Assembly: GCA_951406725.2 (NCBI GenBank)
Contig: OX597815.1
Location: 32,798,001-32,862,000, forward strand
Reading direction: 5' to 3'
DNA from: Octopus vulgaris
Lineage: Eukaryota
DNA length: 64,000 nucleotides
Numbering within the stretch: position 1 is the first letter of the stretch; each line of letters begins with the position of its first letter. A program made the translations under genes and the position numbers. This document shows positions 52,455 through 64,000 of the stretch, one piece after another. The notes under the pieces were generated by a model, which saw nothing but the letters and a program-made list of their open reading frames with translations, was not told the DNA's origin and searched no databases.

Positions 52455-52493
52455 TATATATATATATATATTATATCTGTGTGAGTGTGTGTG

Positions 52494-52526
<33 letters not shown>

Positions 52527-52581
52527 CTGTGAGTGTGTGTGTATATGTATATATATATATATATATCTGTGTGTGTGTGTT

Positions 52582-52636
<55 letters not shown>

Positions 52637-52662
52637 GTGTGTGTGTGTGTGTATATATATAT
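52455..52662. repeat. Compound (TA)n/(TG)n microsatellite field; many other SSRs occur window-wide, e.g. (ACT)n(AAT)n 1916-1981 and (AG)n 60712-60760
   Basis: Directly visible. Confidence 0.95.
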
Positions 52663-52913
52663 TTTATTTTTGGATTTGGTTTGCAAGATTATTTATATGA
52701 GTTCGTGTGTTGAAGCATATTCTGTTGTGTCTGGGGAGAGTCATTTTCTTTTTGTGCCTTGTAATGTAACACACTCACCGGTAAAATCTCCACTTATTTC
52801 TTATTTTTATTTTCCTAAAATTTTCGTTGCGTCTTGCAACCTTTTCAATAGTCAAGACTATTGTGTTAAATAATAAGGCACTAAAAGAGAATGACTCTCC
52901 CCAGCCACAACAG

Positions 52914-52918
<5 letters not shown>
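52663..52918 (-). mobile_element. Short Penelope-LTR-like element with variant hammerhead-like motif and inverted duplication, inside a microsatellite field
   Basis: 52717-52773 is inverted at 52862-52918. Minus strand 52851-52815 reads CTA TTGAAAA G GTTGC AAGAC GCAAC GAAA ATTT TAG. Confidence 0.55.
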
Positions 52919-52944
<26 letters not shown>

Positions 52945-53062
52945 ATAAGTCTGGCTTTTCTGAAGAAGTGGATGCTCATTGTGGGCTGCCTTAAATAAAC
53001 CACAACATTCTATGTTTGTATTGAGTACTCCTTCTCCAGCTCATTCTCTCCCTCTCTATTAA

Positions 53063-53113
<51 letters not shown>

Positions 53114-53883
53114 GTATAATCTTTGAATCAAAACTATGGAAAACAACACAATCAAAACCATTACCAGCAACAACAACACGGATTTTCAGATTTTTTTTTT
53201 TTTTTTTACTTACATATTTATAATTATTTTACTTTGTTTGTCACATTTGTAACTATGTTTGTGTGTCAGTGTTTGTGCTCCTTTACTATCTGAATCTAAT
53301 GTGTAACAACAACACAGCTGTGTAAATGTCACTTCCATGAAATTTCATCATCAACAAGTAACACTTCAAGCTGACATTTAAACATCACTTTACTAGTTTT
53401 TTTTTTTTTGTGTTTTAAACAGTTTATCAAATTAACATTCTTTTTAAATCAGCTTTTCTTTCTTACTTATTGTTGTTTGTTCTTCTCTTGTGCTGTTGTT
53501 GTTTTTTCTATTCTTTTTAATAATTTAATTTTTTACTCTTTCTTTTACTAAATTATCTGTTTTCCCAGTTTATTACTGAGTGTCTTTTATTCAATCATAG
53601 ATACATACAAGTTTATTAACCTTATTCTGTCGTATTGGTTGGGTGTGTTTGGGATATTTTTCTTATAAGATTGTGCAATTCACAGCTTTTCCCTGATAGT
53701 GTATGCAGGATTTTCATTTACACACACACCATTTATCAGAACAAGTTGAAATGTTGATCTAGAGCTGTTCACTTGGCTATATCATGTGTATGGCTTTAGA
53801 TTGACTCCAAACCAAATAGAGTTAAATACCATACTTTGCATCACAATGCCTCTTGTTGGGTATAACCTTACAACCATAACCTA

Positions 53884-54321
53884 CAGTTCTATATTTAAGA
53901 GATGAGGAATTATGTACATTATTTACCTTTGACGGATATTTGTCCTCATCTTGTTTGTTGTTAACACAATGTTTTGGCTTATATACCCTCCAGCCTTCAT
54001 CAGGTATCTTGGTGAAATTTCGAACCTGGGTTCTCATTCCTAAGGCATTTTTCGATGTTGTTATTATTATTATTACTATATGGCATAGTAGTTAAGAGTG
54101 CGGGCTACTAACCCAAGATTCCGAGTTCAATTCCAGGCAGTGACCTGAATAATGATAATAATAATAATAATAACATCGATAATACCTTAGGTATGAGAGC
54201 CCAGGTTCGAAATTTCCCCATGACACCTGATGAAGACTGGAGGGTATATCAGCCAAAATGTGTTAACAACAAACAAGATGAGGACAAATATCCGTCAAAT
54301 GTAAATAATGTAAATAATGAC
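53884..54321. mobile_element. Composite insertion: two inverted copies of a hammerhead-bearing Penelope-LTR-like body around a tRNA-like head, with 10-bp TSD
   Basis: CCATAACCTA at 53874-53883 and 54322-54331. About 53908-54075 is the inverted copy of about 54150-54318. A/B-box-like head at 54081-54145. CTGATGA at 53997-54003 (-) and 54227-54233 (+). Confidence 0.75.
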
Positions 54322-54459
54322 CCATAACCTAAGTTATAAACTTTGAGTTTGTTAGCTTACCCATTCAGATATTCCAAATATATTTATAGTAAGTGTACTT
54401 TCAAGTAGCTAACCTTGTCTCTGTGATCATCAATACTATCCTTACCATTACGGTATTGA

Positions 54460-54665
54460 GCTGGCATATTTGTGTGTTGAGCAAAATGCTTAGCAGCATT
54501 TCTTCTGGCTCTTTATGTTCTGAGTTCAAATTCCACTGAGATCAACTGTGCTTTTCATCCTTTCAGGGTTGGTAAAGTAAGTACCAGTTGGGCACTGGGG
54601 TTGATGTAATTGACTTACCCCTTCATCTAAAATTGTTGGCCTTGTGCCAATATTTGAAACCATTA
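54460..54665 (+). mobile_element. Abundant short SINE family D (other copies near 1250-1700, 7720-8095, 30345-30480, 36460-36670, 40250-40430, 42400-42600, 49785-49920, 57765-57965)
   Basis: Recurrent gttctgagttcaaat..gtcaactttgcctttcatcctt..gataaaataagtaccag..ggccttgtgccaa motif on both strands. Confidence 0.75.
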
Positions 54666-55405
54666 TCGCAAGACAGGAGAATGACAGAAATTGTTGAGTA
54701 TTAGGTCCGTGTCTCTCCACTCTATGGTCAAATTTGTCTTTTATTCATTCAAAGTTAAAAATGGTTCAAAGCTTATGGGATATATCTCACAGTTGCAATG
54801 TATTTTATGGACACTGAAGATATCAATGGTTTAGACCTTTGCCATCATTGGTGGAATTTTAATTTAGAATGTAACCAAATACCATAAAACATTTTTCTGG
54901 CATTTACTGTTTTCCAATCTAGACAATGGATACCACGAACACATGAGAATTTCAGGAGACCCTCTCTGTTGTTGCACAATACGCTAGAAATAGCAGTCAA
55001 ATCGCTCTAAAGTTACAATCTGATATACAAAAAAAGGACATATTGGATAACATAATCTATAATCTAGATAGCCTGATTATGTCTGTGAGCACTCTGAAAG
55101 CAGATATAAATTAGTAAGCAATGTAAATTTTACTTGTCTAACTTAATGGTCATAAATCAATTTCAAGTCAACCATGATTAAGCAGATCTATAATTGAAAT
55201 GGTGGCCATCTTATCCTTCTCAGGCCATCTAGGATTATGTTATCCAGTTGGTTCTTTTGTTTTATTATACTATGTTATGATTTTAGAGTGATTTGGTTGC
55301 TATTTCTAGCATGTTGTGCACTCACAGAGCTTCCATCTATCTCAGCACACTAGTTTTGTGATCTAAAACTCGTATTTAGTAATGCCAATTTTACATGATC
55401 AGTAT

Positions 55406-55810
55406 TACTCTTTTACTCTTTTACTTGTTTCAGTCATTTGACTGCGGCCATGCTGGAGCACCGCCTTTAGTCGAGCAAATCGACCCTGGGACTTATTCTT
55501 TGTAAGCCCAGTACTTATTCTATCGGTCTCTTTTGCTGAACCGCTAAGTGACGGGGACGTAAACACACCAGCATCGGTTGTCAAGCAATGCTAGGGGGAC
55601 AAACACAGACACACAAACACACACACATACACATATATATATATATACGACAGGCTTCTTTCAGTTTCCGTCTACCAAATCCACTCACAAGGCATTGGTC
55701 GGCCCGGGGCTATAGCAGAAGACACTTGCCCAAGATGCCACGCAGTGGGACTGAACCCGGAACCATGTGGTTGGTTAGCAAGCTACTTACCACACAGCCA
55801 CTCCTGCGCC
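55406..55810 (-). mobile_element. Full-length SINE family B copy
   Basis: Reverse complement of 45784-46213, retaining many CpGs. Confidence 0.88.
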
Positions 55811-56642
55811 TATTGTATTGTTGTCGAGATAATAATTTAGATGCTTTATTGCAGTGTACCGTATAGACAGAGAAATATGGTCTATTGAATGAAGAATTCT
55901 CAGTCAAAACATTGAAGTATTTGGCATTGTAAGATATTTAACAGTCGTTATGATATTAAGAAAGTTAACAAAGGAGGTTTTTTATTTTTACATTGTGGTT
56001 TATTGATCTAGATTCTAAGTATTCATTAAAAATCTTCCAATAAGCTTTGTAGTAGACACCTGTTTTATTAAATGCTAACTCTTAAGATAGCATATCTCGA
56101 AACAAAGACTAGATAACAACAGATAGAAGCATCATCAGCCTTCTTTTAGACCATAGTTCCGCTTGATCTAGGAGAGCTGAAGATGAGAGGATTGAGAACT
56201 ACTTAACAACAACACTTTTTTTTTTGTTTTTAAAACTTGGACCATAAAAACAACTAAAAAAAGAAAGACAAATGAAATGAAAAAGAAAGCAAACAAAAAG
56301 AAATAAACCAAGGCATTCAGATAAAAAAATATAACAATATAAGAGTTGTAAGGTTTCATGCAAAATTCCATTTTGTTTCCATTACAATCCAGTGAAGATT
56401 TTTAATAAAAATTACAGATTATTTTGTTTGGTTCTGAAACTATTTTCTTCATTGCATTCTCTACTGAGTCTGTGAAGAAAGCTGTAGTAGGTAGTAGGGA
56501 GAATGTTACAATTATGTTTAGCTTGAAGTAGGTCATTTGTTGTTGCGATGGTGGTGGTGGTGGTGGTGATAGCACTGCCGCAGCAACAACAACAACAATA
56601 ACCACAGTTACTACTACTACTACTGTGACTACTACTACTAGT

Positions 56643-56852
56643 AGCCAGACAAAATGCAAAGTACTCAAACAAATAACTATAGTTTTACTTAATAAGCTTC
56701 ATCATGTGTGTGTGTAGTAGTAGTGTATACACAAACACACACACACACTTGTGTGTGCGTGCGTGCATGTGTGCTCGTGTGTGTGTGTGTGATGAAGCTT
56801 ATTAAGTAAAACTATAGCCATTTGTTCTGAGCATTTTGCATTTTGTCTGGCT
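56643..56852. repeat. Inverted repeat (about 62-bp arms) around a (CA)n/(TG)n spacer
   Basis: agccagacaaaatgcaaa..ctatagttttacttaataagcttcatca (56643-56704) is mirrored at 56790-56852. Confidence 0.88.
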
Positions 56853-59051
56853 GGTTATAGTTGTGGTGGTTGTGAAAAACAAACACACATAAACGGATAA
56901 ATAAACAAAATAAGAACAAAAATAGGCCTTCCTAGTTAGGCGGGGTAGTGAACTGTGTGGAGTGGGTAAAAATGAGAGTGAGAGATATCAGGTTGTATTT
57001 TGTTTTGTTTTTGTTTAGGCATATTTTTTTATTTTATATTCCATTGCTGTTGAAGTGGATACTTCCTAAGTCTACTTCCAAGATTTCTAAACAAGTTGCT
57101 TCTGTTTTCCCTCTTCCCTCTCTCACTAACCCCTTGTGACCCCACTTTCTCTGCCATCATCATCATCTTCATCATCATTTTCCCCTCCTCCCAGGCTTCC
57201 TTACTTTCACCCCCTTCCTATCTCTATGACCTAACGCTCTCTCAGGCCTGTTCATATCAAAGATATTCCCACGTCACAATGCTTCATTAGCTTTCATCCA
57301 CATATACATGTGTGCACAGACACAAGTGTGTGTTTTATATCAGTAAATCATAAATCCTGAAAGAGAAGTACACTCCAAGTTATAGATCGGTAGAGTAATT
57401 AGATAAAGATGCCTATGGCTGGTTTATGGACTTACCCTGGGTTTCACATCCATAGAGCACTTAGCTTTATGGTGTTTCTTCAGACCGTAATGGGTGGTGG
57501 TCTCTCTTATACCAAACCACTAATTTACATGGACATTATCACACCACTACCAGTAGTCAAGCAATGATGGGGTAACAGACATAAAGACAAACACACATGC
57601 ACATATATGACAGGCTTCTTTCAGTTTTCATCTACCAAATCCACTCGCAAGGTTTTGGTCAGCTTGAGGCTATAGTAGAAAACACTTGCCTAAGGTACCA
57701 CACAGTGGGACTGAAACTGGAACCATGTAGTTGGGAAGCAAACTACTTACTACACAACCACGATGACACAAGGCCAGCAGTTTTAGGGGCAAGGGGTAAG
57801 TTGGTTACACTGAGCCCAGTATTAAACTGGTACTTTATTTTACTGACCCCAAACGAACAGAAGATAAAAGACCCTGGTGGGATTTGAGCTCAGAACATAA
57901 AGAATTGGAAGAAATGCAGCTACTGTTTTGTACGATGTGTCAACAATTCTGTCATTTCACTGCCTTATGTGTGTGTCTTTGAGTGTGTACTTGTGTGTGT
58001 GTGTGTGTGTGTGTGTACACATGTGGAAGCTGGCCTATCAAATAACATGTGTAAAGGATTGTTCCTGCCATCCAGTCTTGATGATTTCAGACTTCCAAAG
58101 TCTTTATAGCAAATTAGTTAGTCAGTGTCACCAGCACAAACCCTAAAAGAGAGATTTCACAGCATCACAAAAGATAACCTTATGTCCTTGAACATTGGAG
58201 AGAAGTGAATGGTAGTCTGTAATTAAGATCAGCATGTATTTTGAGAAAAATATACAAGATTTGATTGTCTGTCAAACAGTGAAATGTAATACCTGAAACC
58301 TGCAGGCAGTTGAAAGTCTCTGGTAGATCAGGAGATAATTTCACATGCACTGACTGCGGTCACATTTACACTTTCAAAAACCAGTCTTGTCATTTGCTAA
58401 AGGTCATATATCAGAAGACCAACACAAGCATATGATAGACAGTAGGTGAGTAAGAAGTGCTGAGTGATCCAAATGGAAGGAACCTGCAGAAGAAGAAGAC
58501 CAAGGAAAACATAGGTAGAAAAAGTGAAAACTGATCTCATGAGATTGAACTTCATGGAGTAAATGACAAAGAATCATAACAAGTGGCAGAGTTCTGTGAT
58601 AGAGAAGACCAAAGCAAGTATGGAAAAGCTGGTATATGAATGAAAATGGTTATACTGTTTTTACTACTTTGTGTGTGTGCACGTGTGCATACACATACAC
58701 ACATGTGTATATGTGTGTGCATATGTGTGTAATCTTGTTTTTGTGTATGTGATAGACAGGAAAGTCTTAAAAGTAATTTCAAAAGCCCATCTCTATAAAC
58801 ATTGACCCAAATAAATCACTTAGAGTACAGCTATTACACTACTGTGAGAGCAATTCCATGCTTGAACAGCCAACTCCAATGTGTTCATCTGTATCATTGA
58901 TGTTTTATTGTAGACTAGAAACTGTTAATACTTCCTGTTACTATCAACTTATCATCAGGTAAACAGGCCATATTATCTCAAGGGAACACACCACACTGCA
59001 TAAAATTTATTTTGTTCCCTTTACGCTCATGTGAATATAAAACAGAAAGCA

Positions 59052-59096
<45 letters not shown>

Positions 59097-59193
59097 ACGG
59101 GAAGGTTTATGGAAATAAACAAAAGACGAAGGCAGGTGGAGTACAAACAAACAAATGTATTAGTATGGCGCTCAGGAATAGAAATAGAACAAG

Positions 59194-59231
59194 TCTTTTA
59201 TGTTTCGAGCCTACGCTCTTCGACAGAAAGA
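59194..59231 (-). ncRNA. Minimal hammerhead-ribozyme-like motif inside a short repeat (about 59098-59247)
   Basis: Minus strand reads TCTTT CTGTCGA A GAGC GTAG GCTC GAAAC ATA AAAGA: 5-bp stem I and 4-bp stem II, with core deviations. Confidence 0.5.
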
Positions 59232-59640
59232 TACACAGGAAAAAAATGCATGTTGGAGCTAATGATCTATCATGGCGTTCCGTATGACTTTTCATGGGGT
59301 TTTATCTTCGTATATCTATGAAGGCATCACATATGCATGTTTCTTCTCCATGCCTAGGAAATATTTCAGTTTTAAATAGCTGTTAGCATTTAAAAATGTA
59401 TAAGCAAGCTCTATACCTGAGGCTATGGTTTGCCTACTTATCTCTTCCCACATTTTCAACTATATCACTTGAAATAGCCAGCTACTAGATAGAAAAGCCT
59501 TCATTCACCAATTTTGCAATCATTTATCTCTTCATTGAACTGTGTCTGCCTCTTGTCTCTTCTAAAGTTTGAATTCAGTTCTACACATCTCTTACCTAAA
59601 TTCATGGAAAAGCTTGAATAAAGACTGTCTGCTTGTAGAG

Positions 59641-59715
59641 CAGTGGTTCCCAAACTTTTTCAGGCTGCCACCCACTTGGTTCTAAGGCCACATTCCTAGT
59701 GCCCATTGTTTCTGT
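59641..59715 (+). mobile_element. Single hAT-like terminus (CAGTGGTTCCCAAAC)
   Basis: Resembles the common Charlie/MER5-type TIR. No partner end was found. Confidence 0.35.
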
Positions 59716-60709
59716 CCATCTAGTTGTTAAAATAAGTAGCAGATTACCTGGATTTTGTTTTTACCTGTGATAGACTGACATTTTATCCAGGAGAAAATTA
59801 GTTCTCAGCTGTTAGATTCTAAGAAACTAGAAATAACAACTAGAGTTTGAAATTCTTCTCATTCTTCATTACTGTTTCCTTTTCTTCAAATCTCATACCA
59901 AACACTTTGCCTAATTCTAGTATTCTCATACTCATTTCCCATCTCCCAACCACCATCCTATCACAGTTGAACCCAAACGTTAAGTAGTACATTAACCTCA
60001 AATAATTGCTTCTATGACTCTTCCTCTCAGCTTAAGAGGGCCTAGAAACATTGTAGGACATGCTCTTCTACCTCAGATTTTCTATCTTAGCATCACCATT
60101 GATGTTATACAAGCCTATATTCAGGAAAAAAAAATGGTATTTACAGAAATTTCTTTATTATTGTTTGTTATATAATTCTTCAAAATTTTGGTGTATCTTG
60201 GTTGTAAATGAATTCAAAGAACATTGTCTTTAGCATTAAATAAATTAAATATAACTGGTATATTGTACTACAACATTTGAGAAATATGTCACAGTGATGT
60301 CATGTTGAAGCACATGTCTCATGTACTGAATATTATGAATTGATAAAGGAGCCTATATGTCACCCTTAGAACTACCAGAAATAACTATTTTATCTCCCTC
60401 AAATTATAACCCAGTTTTAAAATGGTGGTATGGTGACAGCTGAAATGCCTTTCATTGAGTATAGATTAGTTTGTAATAAATACAATTAATTCTTTTGCAT
60501 TAGTGCAGTGTGAGTCATGTAACAGAAAACGACTACTGAATTTGGCTGGAGTGAATTTTTAGTTAATGTATTGCCGTTATTTCTTGCAGTTGACATATTT
60601 ACTGATTCTATGATTTTAAGATGTCTTCAGACATTAGATTTTGTGCACTTGTATTTATTTGGTTGGCAAATGCAGACACTCACACACACAACATACACAC
60701 ACACATATT

Positions 60710-60762
<53 letters not shown>

Positions 60763-61444
60763 AAGGTTACAGATGTTCCATTTATATTTGTGTGTGATTG
60801 AGACAGCTGGGTTCAGAAGTAAACGTTTTTGTGTGTTTGTATACATTTCTGTACATTTGCACGAGAGATCCGGGGGTACATACATTTTATAAGCTTCTGT
60901 GTGTGTGTACATTGTTTGTAAAAGGAAGGACAAAGAGAGAGAGAGAGAGAGAAAAGAGGTAAGATTCTGGATATATATTTTCTATGTAAATATATTTACT
61001 GTATAAAATCTGTTGTATATCACCACACTTCTCTAACTTCCGTCCCATTTTGCCTTCCCGTCCTTGAAGTTAATTTCTTGAATTAACATTAAATCCATCT
61101 AATTTGATAATTTTGATTACCTGTTTATTGTTATTATTGTTGCAATCTTTAATTGTTGTTCTTGCTGTTGTGTATTTGATTTATATCCTTGGTTTATTTT
61201 CACTGCACTTTTTTTTTTGGGTTTTGTTTCCACCATGGCTACTGAAAGTACTTTGATTTTACTAAGTTGATTATTTTGTCAGATAATATTTATTTAGAAG
61301 AAACTAGCAGACTAGGAAGATGGTGGTGTTGATGATGATGGATATACTTCCACTTTATCATAAAAGAATCTAAATCCTGCAGAGCTAATCTTCTTCTTCA
61401 TCTCATTGAAAATTAATACAAAAAGAACCAGTAATAACACATCC

Positions 61445-61976
61445 CCTAGAGGCAGAGGTAGCTTTAATATATCAAGAATTTATATTGTATGGTATTTGAT
61501 ATGCCTGTATTTGTCTATGTTATTCATGTACATGGCACTGGTCACTCTCAGTTATTTCTCTTAGCTCATTTTTGTTTAAATTATGCAAATTACATAAGCC
61601 ATAAATGTATTCTAATCCTTTTTGTATAAGTCCCTTGGCTGCTAGAGATAAATGAGGACAAATGTCATGTTGATAACACCTTTTGTAATAGAAACATGTC
61701 CCCTGTTGCTCTCATATCTTCAGACAATAAGCCTTCTTTTTCCTTAATGGTATACTAACTTGGAGAATTCTTGATTCCTGAGATTGTCTTTCTTTCTCAC
61801 ATGGAGCTATCAGTTGCCATTTGATAATTGTGACACATTGCCTAGAGATGGTGATAGCTTTTATAAATCAAGAATTTGTATTGTATAGTACTTCATATAC
61901 CTGTATTTGTGTTGTTCATATATATGCTACAGGTTACTTTAAGTTATTTCTCTGAGCTAATTTCTGTTTAAACTAT
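61445..61976. repeat. Diverged direct repeat, two copies of about 140 bp
   Basis: 61445-61584 resembles 61841-61976 (tcaagaattt.tattgtat...cctgtatttgt...agttatttctc). Confidence 0.75.
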
Positions 61977-63566
61977 AAATAGTTTGGTCAAAAGAGACAG
62001 GATAGCCCTGCTAAGACCTCACAGGGTTTGCAGGAATGATGAGGGACAGTGAAAAGGGAAGAAGAAACTATGATTCTTGTATTGCTGCATTAGAGAGTAT
62101 CTCATCAAGATATCAAGTTGCACACCTACTTTATGGTCAAGAGGCACCAAGCCTCTTCACACAACCACCTAAAACTGCTTTAATCATATTAGCATAGAAA
62201 ACCATTTGTGAAGCTATAAGAAGCAGTATATGGGGGTTGAATGAATCATCTATACTTCACATCTTTAGTAGTGTAAGTTCTCACTTCTTTAAAATAATAA
62301 GTAAATTTCTGGACAGCTTGCAGTATTGCTCTGAAAACACATGTTTAATGTATTTTCTGAGTCACAATATGTTCCCTTTCTACTATTCATATTTTGGGTG
62401 GTCTTTCTGTCCTCATGTTCTGGTTATCAGAGAACAAATGAACACGGAACTTGTTCATCTAATACTTAAGTGATCCTGCAAACATAGTTTATTAGATACA
62501 GCTGTAACTGTAAATACTTATTAGATTTCTAGAAGAATAATGTTTATCCGACTTGGCTGGAGTTAAATAAGCAAAAAGAATAAGATTCGTGAGTATGCTG
62601 TGAAGGAACTTTCCTCATAACATATGAACATTCCTTAGTTTTTGCTTTTACTAGACATAATTAGGATGTCTACTTCTCCCTGTTATATTACTGGTACTTA
62701 TTTTATAATCTCTTTGAAAGATGACAGAAGTCTAACCTTGTAAGGATTTAATCACCAAACTGGAAGCTGTCTAATTGCAGTTCAGTTATTCAGTCTAGTC
62801 TGATACTCAAACTATTTATTCAGAAAATGTTAGAAGGACTAGCTATTAGCTTGAACTCTGCTAAATATTGACAAATTCTACCAAAAACATGAGGTAGAGT
62901 CATCATTTAGTGAAAATACAGTTATAAAATATAAACAGTTCCTTATCAGACATTTGTACACTATTGTATTAGAAGATTCTACAAGAAACATGAGTTGCAT
63001 TCTCATATTTCTTGAGAGAAAAAAGAAAATAGATTTTTAACTCTTCTATCACATTTTCAGATCCTTCTTTGGACAATATCTTCAAAGAGAACAGCAATTC
63101 TATGATAACATTCTCTACTCCTTTTTATAGCACCTTCTCAATAAAATATTTGCTGAGAAGATTAGAAGAATTTTATATCCTTAAGATATGATTAAGAACA
63201 ATGTTCTACCTTCTTCTCTAACACCATTTTGAATGGTGGCCACAACTACATGTGTACAATATTTTCCATATAAGTCCTTCTCAGAAGCTTACATTTTAGT
63301 TGCTTCATATTTAATTTTGGCCGAGCACTTCTAATTAGATATTTAAAACAAGATTACAAAACACAGTATTTCATCTGTTCAGTGTTAAATGTTAAAGACC
63401 TTGGTGACTTTCAGTGTCTGAACTTTATCCACACAGCTGTGAGCAAATCACTATCAAACAAGGAACCAAGCACTTTGGTGGGCCATTACTCTTTCGTACA
63501 CTTTTACACCATATTTTTAATGCATGCTTTTTTATGTTTTTTTGTTGCCTGTTTGTGTTTTTACAG

Positions 63567-63644
63567 TCAAGCTACCGCAGCCCCAGTCCTACCGGTTCCT
63601 ACTCCTCACAATCAACCTCCAGTAGTTTGCGCAGGTTACAATCG
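63567..63644 (+). CDS. Internal coding exon (78 nt, phase 0-0), SSYRSPSPTGSYSSQSTSSSLRRLQS
   Basis: Acceptor tttgtgtttttacag| and donor TCG|gtatgt. GC-richer island in AT-rich intron, in frame with the 47804 exon. Confidence 0.8.
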
Positions 63645-64000
63645 GTATGTTAGTCTACAACACTGCTTCATTTTGTAACTTTTTATTTATTTTTAAAATA
63701 TGTTTTTTTTTTTTTTCACTTTCTCTCAATTTTGTATTGCCATTTAAGTGTGTCTGCATGTGTATATCAGTACAATAACTTTGAACTAATATTGCCATTA
63801 TTTCTGTCTTTCAGGTTTTCCTTTAATTTGAATTCTGTTCAGACTAAATAAACTTCAAAGAACTTTTTTTATATTAATGAGTTCTGAAAGCACAAAACAT
63901 GAAATATTTGTACCAGAAATAATACTGTTTCAGATGAAAATAAGTCAGAACTAGTTATAATCAATTACTATCAATGGAATATTATAAAAAAGAAGAAAAA

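Noticed and set aside
52960-53010. CTGAAGA-agtgg...ccac hammerhead-like start
   Set aside because: No GAAA box follows the putative stem.

Overview
AT-rich, microsatellite-dense metazoan genomic DNA. The SINE, MITE and (TA)n/(CA)n landscape looks like a coleoid cephalopod, probably Octopus; this is inference from repeat style, not a database match. Almost the whole window reads as intronic sequence of one large + strand gene. Three phase-compatible internal coding exons are visible (14325-14786, 47804-47859, 63567-63644), encoding a Ser/Pro/Thr-rich, probably disordered protein I cannot name. The introns hold a near-intact DD34D mariner, a rearranged DD41D element with two 3' ends, a decayed DD37D (maT) element, mariner and piggyBac-type MITEs, a non-autonomous Helitron, a CR1-like 3' end and many SINEs. 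The most interesting signal is a set of short, apparently unrelated elements that each carry a minimal hammerhead-ribozyme-like motif of the Penelope type, several with inverted duplications. One of them has a tRNA-like head and a 10-bp TSD, and another has a U3:A8 compensatory core. Several fold-back palindromes are also present, one about 300 bp downstream of an exon. Nearly all ORFs in the supplied track are artefacts of repeats and microsatellites.
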